Below are positions 44,239-55,350 of a stretch of DNA of 64,000 bases, one piece after another. The notes below the pieces were generated by a model that saw only the letters and a program-made list of their open reading frames with translations, was not told where the DNA came from and made no database searches. Made by a program: the position numbers and the translations under genes. How positions within the stretch are numbered: the stretch's first letter is position 1; the number at the start of each line of letters is the position of its first letter. Source of the stretch: a virus (Duplodnaviria > Caudoviricetes); the IMG/VR virus record IMGVR_UViG_3300013936_000019, positions 1 through 64,000 of that record; one strand, 5' to 3'.

Positions 44239-45468
44239 ATGTTTGATATAGAGAAAGAATTGGCAGATAGAGGCTTAACAGAAGAGTCATATGAAGAAAT
44301 GCTGAGCGATTTTCAAAAGAAAACAGCACACGAAATCGATGATGATTGGACTGAATTGTCAGAAAAATGGGATCTTAACTGGTCGGGGGACGCTTGCAGA
44401 AAGGCATGTCAGGTTCCACTTTTGGGCGGCTCTTTTGTTAAACAATATTATGAAGAAAAAATGGCTAAGGGTTGCTCTGCAGATGAGGCTGAATATTTAG
44501 CCAAATTGGATGAAAAGAGAAGAGAGTTAGAAAGAGAACGAATCAAGTATCATGATTCTAGAAACGCTTGGCAGAAACAAAATTATAGTGCCTCTAGGCT
44601 TGAAGAAAATTTAAATATTTTAGAAAAATCGTTAAATGAACTTGGAAAAATTAATTTTGAAAATAGCAACAAAGTTAATATAAATTCTGATAATGATTTA
44701 ATTGTAATGCTTTCTGATTTACATATTGGAGCAGAATATGACAATATATTTGGTAAGTATAATTCTAATATTGCGAAAGAAAGATTGCAAAGATATTTAA
44801 ATGAAATTTTTGACATTGCAAAAACGCATAATGCAGAAAATTGTTATGTTGTTGCATTGGGCGATTTAATTAATGGAAATATCAGATTAACTGTTCAGTT
44901 GGCAAATAGAGAAAATTTAATTGAACAAGTTAAGGTCACTAGTGAATTAATTAGCAACTTTTGCTATGAATTAACAAAACATTTTAATAATGTGTACTAT
45001 ACGGATGTAAGTGGGAATCATAGCCGTGTAGTAACAAACAAAGAAGATGCAGTCCATGATGAAAGACTTGACGATTTAATTTCTTGGATTGTAATAAATT
45101 CTTTGGGACACATTGATAATTTTCATAGTTTAAATCATAGAAAATTTGACATTGGAATTGCAGACATTGAAGTTAGAGGCAAATTTTATCTTGGAGTCCA
45201 TGGAGATTGTGACACGACAAGTAAAAACGGCGTGATGAGTTTGTGCTTTATGGTTGGTTTCTTTCCAGAATGTGTGTTGCGTGGGCATTATCACTCGCCT
45301 TCCTTAGAAGAATACAACAACATAAAGGTTATTCAGGGTGGTAGCTTGAATGGAAGTGGAGGTTCCTACGAAATTGAAAAGAGAATTGTTGGAAAGCCTT
45401 CACAGACTACTTTAGTATGCAATTCAAATGGCATAAAATGTATTTATAATATTGACTTAACTATTTAA
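44239..45468 (+). CDS. calcineurin-like metallophosphoesterase (YonJ-like)
   Basis: SDLHIG, LGDLING, GNH, HGD and GHYH motifs. Confidence 0.88.
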   Translation: MFDIEKELADRGLTEESYEEMLSDFQKKTAHEIDDDWTELSEKWDLNWSGDACRKACQVPLLGGSFVKQYYEEKMAKGCSADEAEYLAKLDEKRRELERERIKYHDSRNAWQKQNYSASRLEENLNILEKSLNELGKINFENSNKVNINSDNDLIVMLSDLHIGAEYDNIFGKYNSNIAKERLQRYLNEIFDIAKTHNAENCYVVALGDLINGNIRLTVQLANRENLIEQVKVTSELISNFCYELTKHFNNVYYTDVSGNHSRVVTNKEDAVHDERLDDLISWIVINSLGHIDNFHSLNHRKFDIGIADIEVRGKFYLGVHGDCDTTSKNGVMSLCFMVGFFPECVLRGHYHSPSLEEYNNIKVIQGGSLNGSGGSYEIEKRIVGKPSQTTLVCNSNGIKCIYNIDLTI

Positions 45469-45500
45469 AATTATATAATATTTATGGAGGAAAAAGGATT

Positions 45501-45869
45501 ATGGGAAAAGATTTAATTGAAAAACTGAAGAATGATACTACTTTAGAAACATTAAATAAAATTGATGGCATTCTTGAAGAAGCTAAGGATATTCTTGACG
45601 ACGCTTTATATGATGAAGGTGCTACTGTTACAGAACGTACTATGGCACAGTATTTTATTGGAGAATATCTTGACATGGTTCATGATATGATTTCTGATGA
45701 TTTTGGAGTCACAAGACATGTTGTAGAAGTTGAAAATGACTGTGAAGATTCTGAATCAGAAGAAGACTCCGAAGAAGAACCTGACGAATGTGATGGAGAT
45801 TGTGACAATTGTGAGCTGAGTAACAGTGCTCCGTTCAATTTTCACAGAACATTTATTCAGATTGATTAA
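45501..45869 (+). CDS. acidic hypothetical protein
   Basis: 122-aa ORF, GGAGG RBS, C-terminal CDGDCDNC. Confidence 0.7.
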   Translation: MGKDLIEKLKNDTTLETLNKIDGILEEAKDILDDALYDEGATVTERTMAQYFIGEYLDMVHDMISDDFGVTRHVVEVENDCEDSESEEDSEEEPDECDGDCDNCELSNSAPFNFHRTFIQID

Positions 45870-45889
45870 AATTATAAAGGAAGATAAAC

Positions 45890-46066
45890 ATGGATGTTAA
45901 ATTATATTGTTGCTATTCTTTAAATTTAAGAAATTTTCTTTATGAGAATGGGCTTAGATATGAATTGGCAGCTTTAAACCCAAACAGCAAGAAATTGTTT
46001 TGGGTTTATATTAAGAATAAAAAGTTGGATGAATTATTAGATAAATGGTCTGCTGGTCATCAGTAG
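45890..46066 (+). CDS. 58-aa hypothetical protein (MDVKLYCCYS...), below the ORF-track cutoff
   Basis: Open frame with RBS, directly upstream of an endonuclease gene. Confidence 0.6.
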   Translation: MDVKLYCCYSLNLRNFLYENGLRYELAALNPNSKKLFWVYIKNKKLDELLDKWSAGHQ

Positions 46067-46107
46067 ACCATTTATCTGTTATGTAAAAATATAGGAGGTA
46101 AAAATAT

Positions 46108-47376
46108 ATGAGGCAATCTAATGGTACAAGTATTGATAGTGAGTTTAAGAAGTGCACAAAATGTGGAAAAGAATATCCTAACACTTTAGAATATTTCGGA
46201 TATGCAAAGAAAAATACAGGACAATTGAAAAATGTATGTAAAGAGTGCTGTAGTAAGATTGGGAAAGAAAAAAGGCAAGTAATAATTGAGTTAAACAAAG
46301 CAAAAACATTATTTTATGAAGGAACTCGTAAGTGCAAAAAATGTTGGAGAGATTTGCCAAACAATAAATTATATTTTCCGGTTGATTTATCTTGCAAAGA
46401 TGGGCTTAGAAATGTTTGTAGAGAATGTTCTAAGAAAGGCGGACATTTTTTAGAAGAATGATATAGTGATCATCATGAATGGTCAAAAGAAGAAATTGAA
46501 TTATTAAAAACTGTTTATAACGATTATACCGGGAAAGAATTATCTGAAAAATTCTTCCGAGATAGAACTGTTAGAGCAATTGAATGTGAAGCTGCTAAAT
46601 TGGGGATATATGGAAAATCTGAAGAAGTCTTAGACAGAGTTAGTAAAATACGAGCTGATATTTCTTCAAAAATTGGACGTATGCCTAAAACAGAAGAACA
46701 GAAACGAGCAATTTCTATTAGAAATAAGGAGTATTATAAAACTCATGACAATCCAAAAAAGGAACACATTTATCTGACGAGCAAAAGGCTTATCTGAGTA
46801 GAATTGCGAAAGAACGTGGACTATGGGCTGGTGAAAATAATCCAAGACATAAAAATCCACTTTTTAGAGAAAAAAAATGGACGCTGGAGCGGTGGCATAA
46901 CTAATTTATATTTTGCTCTCAGAAATGGACTTACAAAATGGAAGCAAGATTCAATGAAATTTTGTAATTATAAATGTATCATTAGTGGCAATAACTTTGA
47001 TGAAATACATCATGTTATTCCATTTAGAGAAATTGCCGACGAAGCATTTTGCTTAGTTAATTTAGATGTTAGAGAAAAAATTGAAGATTATTCTAATAAT
47101 GAATTAAATTTGATTTATAATAAAATAAATGAATTACACTCTTTTTATGGATACGGTGCTTGTTTAAATAAATCTGTTCATAAATTGTTTCACGATATAT
47201 ATGGATACACAGATTTTGATATTGATGATTTTATTGATTTTGTAGACAAAATTTTATGTGGCGATTTTAACGACTGGTTTAATGCAAATAATCTGCGAAT
47301 TAATATAAACTTTGATTATATAGAGTATATAAAAAGTATCAATGATTATTTAAAGAGCGAAGACATAGATATATAA
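46108..47376 (+). pseudogene. degenerate HNH homing endonuclease (Zn fingers, NUMOD3-like, HNH)
   Basis: In-frame TGA at 46459-46461, then compensating indels in A runs at 46755-46760 and 46870-46877. Repair restores KGTHLSDEQKAYLS...GENNP...RWSGG...EIHH...HKLFH. Confidence 0.8.
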
Positions 47377-47403
47377 ACAGATAAAACAGGAGGTGTTGTT
47401 GTA

Positions 47404-48669
47404 ATGGCAACTAAAAAAACAAGTTCCTCAACAGCACAAAAAAAACCTACGTTGAGTCAACTTAAAAAAGAAAATGAAGAATTAAAAAGCAAATTAATAA
47501 AACTTGAAGACAGTTCTTATTGTAGCTGCTGTGGAAAGTTTAAAACCAAAGACAAATTTTATGTTAGTACAGATCCAATGAGAAAATCTGGTGTAACTCC
47601 TATTTGTAAGCAATGTGCAAAGAACATTGCTGAAAGAATGGATGAAAATGGAGATTATCACACTGTTACGAAGGAATCTCTCATAAAAGCTCTCCGCTAT
47701 CTTGATAAACCTTTTCTTGAGACTGTATATAATGCAAGTATTCAAGAAAGTGAGAATCTAATGTCGGGAAAAGTAAGAAGCAACGTTTTCATGAGTTATG
47801 TGAAAAATATTGCTATGGGACAGTATTTTGGCATGACATTTGCGGACTCCGATCTTTTTAAACAGAAAATTGTTTATGAAGACGAAAAAAATGAAGAGTA
47901 TTTAAAAAACAAAGACGTTGGTACACATGAACAATATGTCAGAGACAAAGAGGATGTAGTTCGATTGATAGGTTACGATCCTTTTTCTAATGAGCCAATT
48001 GATGACCAACCATTATTATATTCTCAACTTATTGGGATGTTGGATTCTGATGAGAATGCCAATGATGATATGTTGAAGATTAGTTCTATTATTTCTATTG
48101 TCAGAGCTTTTTCACAAATGTCTAAGATAGATGATACTGTAACAAGATTGATGAGCGATGCAAATAATATTGTTTCAAATGCTGGCGCTATCAAATCATT
48201 ACAGGATAGCAAACAAAAGTTACAAAGCATGATTACAAATCTTGCTGCTGAAAGCTGTATTTCGTTAAAGAATAGTAAGAACGCTAAAAAAGGCGAGAAT
48301 ACTTGGACTGGAAAATTAAAAAGAATTAAAGACTTAAATTTAAGAGAATACGAAGTAAACGGTTATGATATTGAGACATGCAAAGGAATGCAACAAGTTT
48401 CTGATATTAGTGTTGGTTCTATTATAAAACAACTTAAATTGGATGAATCTGAGTATGCTGATATGTTGGCTGAACAAACTAAAAAAATAACAGAAATGAC
48501 AAAAGAACTAGATGGATATATAGAGGCTGTTAGGATTTTATTAAGAGAAAATTTAGATTTGAGAGATGTTATTAAAGAAAATAATTATAAAATTGATAGA
48601 GAATTAATTGATTTAAATGAATTTGTTAATAATTATATGATTCATGGCGGAGGTGATGGTCATGAATAG
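47404..48669 (+). CDS. YonG-like Zn-finger protein, probable terminase small subunit
   Basis: CSCC/CKQC; position upstream of the large terminase. Confidence 0.55.
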   Translation: MATKKTSSSTAQKKPTLSQLKKENEELKSKLIKLEDSSYCSCCGKFKTKDKFYVSTDPMRKSGVTPICKQCAKNIAERMDENGDYHTVTKESLIKALRYLDKPFLETVYNASIQESENLMSGKVRSNVFMSYVKNIAMGQYFGMTFADSDLFKQKIVYEDEKNEEYLKNKDVGTHEQYVRDKEDVVRLIGYDPFSNEPIDDQPLLYSQLIGMLDSDENANDDMLKISSIISIVRAFSQMSKIDDTVTRLMSDANNIVSNAGAIKSLQDSKQKLQSMITNLAAESCISLKNSKNAKKGENTWTGKLKRIKDLNLREYEVNGYDIETCKGMQQVSDISVGSIIKQLKLDESEYADMLAEQTKKITEMTKELDGYIEAVRILLRENLDLRDVIKENNYKIDRELIDLNEFVNNYMIHGGGDGHE

Positions 48670-49717
48670 TCCAACTGTAATTTTTGGCTATAATGATTTA
48701 TACACATTAAGACCAGATCTTGTTAAATACTTTAAAGACAAGGAATTGACAAAAAGAATAAGAGTTCATTCATCTAAAGTTGTTGATCTGGTGTGTCCTG
48801 ACTGTAAAAAACCTAAAAGAATGAAGGTATATCAGTTATCAAACGGAGGGTTTCATTGTAATTATTGCTCTGACGGAATTAGTTATCCAAATAAATTTAT
48901 ATATTCTGTTTTAAAACAATTAAATATAGATTATCAGCCAGAATATTCTCCTTCTTGGATAGGGAATATGAGATATGATGTATATTTTGAATTAGGTGTT
49001 GATAAATATATTATAGAAATGGATGGCGGATGGCATTATAAATACAATAATCTTACAGGAATGACACCAGAAGAACAACAATCTATAGATGTCAAAAAAG
49101 AAAAAATAGCAACAGAACATAACATAAAAGTTATTAGAATGGATAGCAAAAAATCAGATAAGGAATATATTAAAAATAATATATTAAATAGTATTTTATT
49201 TGTTTTGTTTGATCTTTCCGTGGTTGATTGGAATGAATGTGAAAGAAATGCTTGTAAAAGTTATATGTATGAAATTTGTAAATACTATAATGAACACAAC
49301 AGTCTAACTAGGGAAGAATTGATAAATGTATTTAAAGTATCAAAAAATACTATTGCTTTATATTTGCAAAGAGGTGCTGAACTTGGAATTTGTAATTATA
49401 AAAAAATTACAGATAAAGCTATTGAAAATTATAATAAGACAATAGATTTATTTAATAATAATCCTAAATTAAGCATTAATGAATTATCAGAATTAATTGG
49501 CGTAAATAGAAATATGATTAGTAAATATTTAAAAGATGGCACAAAAGAAGGTTTATGTTTATATCTCACAAGAAAAGAACAAAAAGAAAAAAATAAAGAA
49601 ATCATTGAACGGCTTATTAGTGAAAATCCTAATATATTGATTTCAGATATTATAAAAATAACCGGGATTCCTGCTACTACAGCCAGAAGAATTTGTAAGG
49701 AGCTATGTTATGGATAA
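48662..49717 (+). CDS. free-standing homing endonuclease (Zn ribbon, PD-(D/E)XK/Vsr-like, HTH repeats)
   Basis: CPDC/CNYC, RYDVY...IIEMDGGWH and C-terminal HTH segments; inserted between the terminase genes. Confidence 0.75.
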   Translation: MNSPTVIFGYNDLYTLRPDLVKYFKDKELTKRIRVHSSKVVDLVCPDCKKPKRMKVYQLSNGGFHCNYCSDGISYPNKFIYSVLKQLNIDYQPEYSPSWIGNMRYDVYFELGVDKYIIEMDGGWHYKYNNLTGMTPEEQQSIDVKKEKIATEHNIKVIRMDSKKSDKEYIKNNILNSILFVLFDLSVVDWNECERNACKSYMYEICKYYNEHNSLTREELINVFKVSKNTIALYLQRGAELGICNYKKITDKAIENYNKTIDLFNNNPKLSINELSELIGVNRNMISKYLKDGTKEGLCLYLTRKEQKEKNKEIIERLISENPNILISDIIKITGIPATTARRICKELCYG

Positions 49718-51806
49718 TGTAGATTATACTATTGTATATAATAGCGAAGTTGCTTCTAAATGTAAGTATGGAGAATCTTTTGTCTGGGAAGTTCTTAATG
49801 GTTATAATTATGAAAATATTTTTGTAAGAGAACTACAAAGACCTATGAGTTTTAAAAAGCTTGAAGGTTATAAAAAATTAGCCGAAAAAAGATTATATTA
49901 TCAAAAAAATCCAGTTCGGTTTTTAAGAGATTTTTTTCAAATACAGCTTGTTGATTCACAAGCTTTTTTATTTCAGAAAGCTTGGCTTTGTCCTAACGTT
50001 TTAATTGTCGCAAGTAGAGCGTATGGTAAGAGTTTTTGGATTTCTTTGTTTTGCATGGCTAAACAGATGTTGTCTTCTGATCCGTGGAATTGCTATATAG
50101 CGTCTGGTAGTAGTCAACAATCTGCAACTACATTTAAAAAGTTAGAAGATATATCAAATGATAATATTTCGAGTCTTGTTGGTTCTACTGGAAAAGTGTT
50201 TAAGGATGAAATAGAAATTAAAAATGCTGCCGGAGATGGTTTTAGTCATTCTTCTGCCGGTCATACTTATAGCTTATATAATGCTTCTTTTACGAAAACC
50301 GTTAACTCAAACACAGATCGCAATAGGGGCGCTCGCTCAGATTGTGTTATGTTTGATGAGGTTGGATTTTTGGACGCTGATTTAATTCATGTATATGGTG
50401 CGTTTGTTGCTGTTAGCGAGAATTTCGTAACTGGGTTTGATGAATATGGAAATGAAATAGACGTTGTTAGATCTTTGGCAAAGCCACGTGGAATTCCTAA
50501 ACAAAAAATATATGTGTCTTCTGCATCTTCAACAGATACAGAATTTTATAAATTATATAGAGACTTTAGCAAAAGAATGCTTATGGGAGATAAGGACTTT
50601 TTCGTTGCTCATATTGACTGTGAACTTGTTATGTCCCCAACAATACATAATGTTCCAACCACTCCTGCTCTTTCTAGAAATCAAATTGAAGCTGCTATGA
50701 GAGCGAATCCAGAAAAGGCAAGACGTGAGTATTATTGTCAATTCACAACAGATGCAGGTGCAAATGCTATTATTAAACGTGGCACAATTGCCAGGAACGA
50801 AGAGATAAGAAAGCCTTTATTGTGCAATGATACTGGAGATAAAAAATTCATTATCACATATGACCCGGCGAGACTAAGAGATAATTCTGTTGTCTTGATT
50901 GGAGAATTATATTTTGATAAAACTGTTCAAAATTATAGAGTTAGAATTGTCAATTGTATAAACCTCATTGATATTGAAAAGAGAGATAAAACACCAATGA
51001 CAATTCCAAATCAAATTAATGAGTTGCGAAAAATAATTCTTGATTATAATATTGGCGGAGATGAATTTTATAGTAATATTGTTGGCGTATATATAGATGC
51101 TGGAGCCGGCGGAGGTGGTGGCGGAGCCATTACTGATTTACTTATGCAAGATTGGATTGACGAAGCTGGTGTTACTCACAAAGGATTAATAGACAAAGAA
51201 TACTCCTCTGATTATGTGAAAAGGTTTCCTAATACTGTAGATAATTTGCGTTTAATGACACCGAGCGGTTACAAATCCGAAATGTATGAATCTTTAATTC
51301 AGATGATGGATGAAAATAATATTAAATTTACAGCAACTTATGATGCAAAAGGATACTTGACTATTATAGATGAAGATAAAAACAAATTAGAAGAAGAAAG
51401 AAGCAACCTCATTGAGAAATTAAAAAAACAAAAAATTTCTCAAGATAAAATAGATGATATAGTAGAAAAAGAACTGTTAAAAGTTCAAAATGTATCTACT
51501 AAAATTGAAAAATTGAATTGGCAAGAAGAAGCTGCTTTAGGGAGTATTGATGCTTTAAAAGAAGAATTAGTTAATATGTGTCGTATTAAAAGAGACAGCG
51601 GCAAAGATGGTTTTGAACTTGTTCCTGAAAAGCGTAACAAGATGCATGATGACCGCGCATATACTACAGCTATGTTAGGATATGCCCTTGTACAAGAAAG
51701 AAGGAAAAATATATTATCGAAACCTAAGCAATCTACTTCCAATATTGCTGATTTGTTAGCAAAACAAATTAAAACGTCTACTCATAAAGTGAGTATTTTT
51801 GATTAA
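49710..51806 (+). CDS. terL: terminase large subunit (YonF-like)
   Basis: ASRAYGKS Walker A, VMFDE Walker B, and YDPAR, IDAG, HDDR nuclease motifs. Confidence 0.9.
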   Translation: MDNVDYTIVYNSEVASKCKYGESFVWEVLNGYNYENIFVRELQRPMSFKKLEGYKKLAEKRLYYQKNPVRFLRDFFQIQLVDSQAFLFQKAWLCPNVLIVASRAYGKSFWISLFCMAKQMLSSDPWNCYIASGSSQQSATTFKKLEDISNDNISSLVGSTGKVFKDEIEIKNAAGDGFSHSSAGHTYSLYNASFTKTVNSNTDRNRGARSDCVMFDEVGFLDADLIHVYGAFVAVSENFVTGFDEYGNEIDVVRSLAKPRGIPKQKIYVSSASSTDTEFYKLYRDFSKRMLMGDKDFFVAHIDCELVMSPTIHNVPTTPALSRNQIEAAMRANPEKARREYYCQFTTDAGANAIIKRGTIARNEEIRKPLLCNDTGDKKFIITYDPARLRDNSVVLIGELYFDKTVQNYRVRIVNCINLIDIEKRDKTPMTIPNQINELRKIILDYNIGGDEFYSNIVGVYIDAGAGGGGGGAITDLLMQDWIDEAGVTHKGLIDKEYSSDYVKRFPNTVDNLRLMTPSGYKSEMYESLIQMMDENNIKFTATYDAKGYLTIIDEDKNKLEEERSNLIEKLKKQKISQDKIDDIVEKELLKVQNVSTKIEKLNWQEEAALGSIDALKEELVNMCRIKRDSGKDGFELVPEKRNKMHDDRAYTTAMLGYALVQERRKNILSKPKQSTSNIADLLAKQIKTSTHKVSIFD

Positions 51807-51824
51807 ATGAAAGGAGGAATTTTC

Positions 51825-53387
51825 GTGGCAAATACATCCACAACAAAAAAGAAGAATTCTGCTACGAGTTCTTCCAAACAGCCAACCGCCGCAGAAATGC
51901 GAGATTGGTATTCAAAACATAAAAAGACCATTGAAAATTTTGAAAAACTAGAAAATGGTCTTTTGCAGTTAGTTGATCCAACAAAATCAACAACAAAAAC
52001 ATTTACTACGTTCAGTAAAGAAACCTTAAGAACGTATATGAAAAATCCGGCACGTAACTATAAAAACTTGCGAAATTTAAGCAAATTTTTATATTATGTT
52101 AGCCAAGCATACAGAAGACTTGTGCATTATTATGCTAATATGCCGGACTTAAGATATAGAAGTATTATTCCTAGAGTTGATTTAAATAAAGGATTCAGCT
52201 CTAAAGACGACATTCAGTCTTATTATGATACTGTAATGTTCATGGACGAACTCCCGTTGAGTACGGAGTTCTATAAAATGCTTGTGAAAGCATGGGTTGA
52301 AGACGCTGCATTTGGCGTTGCATATTTTACAGATAAAGGTAATGGAAGGTATGATATGTTCATTCTCCCACTCCAGTCTGATTACTGTGTAATTACTGGT
52401 TTGTATCCAGATGGCTCCATTGCATTTGATTTTGATATGACTTACTTTAGCGGAAGTAATGCTGATATGGTTGAATGGTTTGGCGAACCGTTCACAACAA
52501 TGTATGAGGAGTATCAGAAGGACACTAGAAATAACCGCTATCAACCAGTTCCGGATGATGTTGCAGTAGCATTAAAGGTTAATCTTGATACACCGGATGA
52601 CATTCTCATGCCTTTTATGGGTATGTTCGCAAGTCTTATTTCTTTAAATGACCTTGTTGAAATTTCTGCTATTGCAGATGAGCAAGAAATTTATAAACTA
52701 CTTAGTGTGAAAGTTCCATTGCTTAATTCTGACAGTCCAGACGATTTTGCCATAGATATCAATACGGCCGTAGCCTACTATAATCAGCTTGTGAATAATT
52801 TGCCAGATTACACAAATGCCGCTTTATTGCCTGGAATGGATATTGACGAAATTTCGTTTGACAATAACAAAGTAAATGACGTTTCAAAAGTTGAACAGGC
52901 AACCAAGGAAGTGTTCAATAGCGCAGGTGGCGGACAAGTGTTACATAATGTAAATATTTCTGGTTCTACTGGCTTAAATCTTGCCATGAAAACTGACGAA
53001 TTGCAGGCTTTAAAACCACTGCTTGGTGAAATTGAAGGAATTATGAACCGTCTTGCTTCATATCAGTTGAAGAACCCTGCTAAGATTAAATTCCTAGAGG
53101 TAACGAAGTATACTTCTGAAGAATATAAAGACTCGCTGATTAAATCCATGAACTATGGACTCCCATTTGCTATGACAATTGGCACTCTTTCTGGATACTC
53201 TGAATCAGATTTAATTGCTATGGCAAATGTAAATAATGCACTTGGATTGACAGATTTGTTTAAGCCTATGGCTACTGCTTCTACAAGAAGTGCAGAAGAA
53301 AGTACTGGCGGCGCTCCTACGAAATCTGATACGGAGATTACCGATGACGGCGAGAGCAGCAGAGACAAGAAAGAGAATGCTGGCTAA
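51825..53387 (+). CDS. portal protein (YonE-like)
   Basis: About 520 aa directly after terL; GGAP C-terminus; GTG 51825 behind GGAGG. Confidence 0.8.
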   Translation: MANTSTTKKKNSATSSSKQPTAAEMRDWYSKHKKTIENFEKLENGLLQLVDPTKSTTKTFTTFSKETLRTYMKNPARNYKNLRNLSKFLYYVSQAYRRLVHYYANMPDLRYRSIIPRVDLNKGFSSKDDIQSYYDTVMFMDELPLSTEFYKMLVKAWVEDAAFGVAYFTDKGNGRYDMFILPLQSDYCVITGLYPDGSIAFDFDMTYFSGSNADMVEWFGEPFTTMYEEYQKDTRNNRYQPVPDDVAVALKVNLDTPDDILMPFMGMFASLISLNDLVEISAIADEQEIYKLLSVKVPLLNSDSPDDFAIDINTAVAYYNQLVNNLPDYTNAALLPGMDIDEISFDNNKVNDVSKVEQATKEVFNSAGGGQVLHNVNISGSTGLNLAMKTDELQALKPLLGEIEGIMNRLASYQLKNPAKIKFLEVTKYTSEEYKDSLIKSMNYGLPFAMTIGTLSGYSESDLIAMANVNNALGLTDLFKPMATASTRSAEESTGGAPTKSDTEITDDGESSRDKKENAG

Positions 53388-53397
53388 GGTGACCAAT

Positions 53398-53595
53398 ATG
53401 GAAAATAACATTAATAACTTTAGTAACTTCATTGTAACCACCGATGAAGAGACAAAAAATAAGTTTTTAGAAAGTGGTTTAAGTTTAATTTCTCAGAATG
53501 AGAATGCATATACATTTGTGAATGATCCTAAAAAGATTATGAAGTTTAGCGACAATAACCTTAAGTTTTCATTTACAAATAAATTGACGATTTGA
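53398..53595 (+). CDS. small hypothetical protein
   Basis: ATG 53398 behind AAGGTG. Confidence 0.6.
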   Translation: MENNINNFSNFIVTTDEETKNKFLESGLSLISQNENAYTFVNDPKKIMKFSDNNLKFSFTNKLTI

Positions 53596-53644
53596 GACGG
53601 TTGCTTGACCGTCTTTATTTGTAGATGAGAAAGGAGGTATTGAT

Positions 53645-55315
53645 GTGCATAAATTATTAACAATGAACGATTTATATTCGTACTATGCTAACCAGAATAA
53701 ATCTTTTAAATTTAGTGCAGAAGATAAAAATAGTCAGATTGCCGTACAGGTAGATGGCAAACTGAAGTTTGATAAAGAAAATGACTTGCAGGGGCTTCTT
53801 CCTGTTACATTACAGGCTTGTCATATTGGAGAAAATCTGAACGGCTCAAATATTGACAAGGAAGTTATGGAATCTGCTATGCCAAGTTTTAAAAACAGAC
53901 CTATTCTTGGATTTATTCATGATGTTGACGGGCAGCCAGAATTTTATGGCCACAATATGCATCTAGATGATGATGACAATATTGTTTATGATGAAATTCC
54001 TATTGGTATTATTCCTGAGTCTTGCGATGCAAAGCTTGAGTATGATGAAGAAAAAGATAAGACATATTGTGTCGTAAATGGTTATATTTTTGAAGATTAT
54101 ACTAAAGCAGCAGAGATTCTAAAGAGAGAACAGGAATGTGCCGTTTCTGTCGAGCTTTTGATTAATTCATTGTCTTATGATGCTAAATCAAAGGTTATGA
54201 ATATAGAAAGCTTCGTTTTCCAGGGATGTACTATCCTAGGATGCGACGACAATGGTAATACTATAAACCCTGGAATGGCTCAGGCGAATATTAAATTAAG
54301 TGATTTCAGTCAGAAGAATAACTCTGTATTCTCCGGTACTGATATCAATGAAAAACTGATTGAATCATTAGATAAGTTAAATGAAACTTTATCTAATTTC
54401 AATAAAACAAATGTGAACTGTCAGTTCACGAAGAAAGGAGGTAACTGCATGGATAAGCTGAATGAACTTTTAGAAAAGTATAGTAAGACTTTAGAAGATA
54501 TTGATTTCGAATATGAAAATATGTCTGACGAAGAATTAGAAGCTAAATTTGCAGAAATGTTTGAGGAATCCGTTGCTTCCGATGAAGGAACTGATGGTGA
54601 AACATCTGAAGAAAGCTCTTCCGAAGGTTTTACAGAAGAATCTACTGAAGAAACAAATACAGAAGAAGAATCTGCGGATGAATCAAATGAAAATGATTCT
54701 GATGAAACAGAAAAGTATTCTATTGAAATTTCTGATGGCAAGCGTACTTATTCCGTTTCTATGAATGACAAGATTTATGCTCTTAGTCAGCTCGTAAATG
54801 AAGTATATGCAGAAGATGGTACATACTATTCTGTAATTGCTTATGATGATTGTGTTGTCATGACTGATTGGTGGTCTGGCAGAAACTACAGACAGTCTTA
54901 TAAGGATGAGGATGACGAACTGTCATTGCTCGGAGACAGAGAAGAAGTGTTTGTAAATTATCTTACAAAGGAAGAAGAAGCTTCGTTGGAAGAAATGAAA
55001 TCTAACTATTCTGCTATTGAAAATGAGCTTAATACTTATAAGAAAGCGGAATTAGACGCAAAGAAAGATGAAATCTTTGCAGAAGAATCTTATTCTGAAT
55101 ATCTTGATGAGAATGAATTCAAAGAATTAATTGAACATAAGGATGACTATTCTCTTGAAGAACTAAAGGATAAGGCTGAAATCGCATTTGCAAAGTGCGT
55201 AAAGAAATCTGGCACATTCTCTAAGAAAGATCCAGATCATAAGTCTGTAAGACATGGACTTTTCTCAAATAAAAATACAGAAGAAAAGAAGCCTTACGGC
55301 GATTTATTTGATTAA
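53645..55315 (+). CDS. prohead protease-scaffold fusion (YonD-like)
   Basis: N-terminal domain with H...SVE and GCTILG...PGM; long acidic coiled-coil C-terminus; position after the portal. Confidence 0.7.
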   Translation: MHKLLTMNDLYSYYANQNKSFKFSAEDKNSQIAVQVDGKLKFDKENDLQGLLPVTLQACHIGENLNGSNIDKEVMESAMPSFKNRPILGFIHDVDGQPEFYGHNMHLDDDDNIVYDEIPIGIIPESCDAKLEYDEEKDKTYCVVNGYIFEDYTKAAEILKREQECAVSVELLINSLSYDAKSKVMNIESFVFQGCTILGCDDNGNTINPGMAQANIKLSDFSQKNNSVFSGTDINEKLIESLDKLNETLSNFNKTNVNCQFTKKGGNCMDKLNELLEKYSKTLEDIDFEYENMSDEELEAKFAEMFEESVASDEGTDGETSEESSSEGFTEESTEETNTEEESADESNENDSDETEKYSIEISDGKRTYSVSMNDKIYALSQLVNEVYAEDGTYYSVIAYDDCVVMTDWWSGRNYRQSYKDEDDELSLLGDREEVFVNYLTKEEEASLEEMKSNYSAIENELNTYKKAELDAKKDEIFAEESYSEYLDENEFKELIEHKDDYSLEELKDKAEIAFAKCVKKSGTFSKKDPDHKSVRHGLFSNKNTEEKKPYGDLFD

Positions 55316-55350
55316 ACTATTTAAAATTATAAATAAAGGAGGAAATAAAA

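Noticed and set aside
11667-46461. Stop-codon reassignment suggested by in-frame TAA (11667) and TGA (46459)
   Set aside because: The two stops are different codons, both in endonuclease genes. TAA, TAG and TGA all terminate normal genes, and core genes are intact under the standard code.
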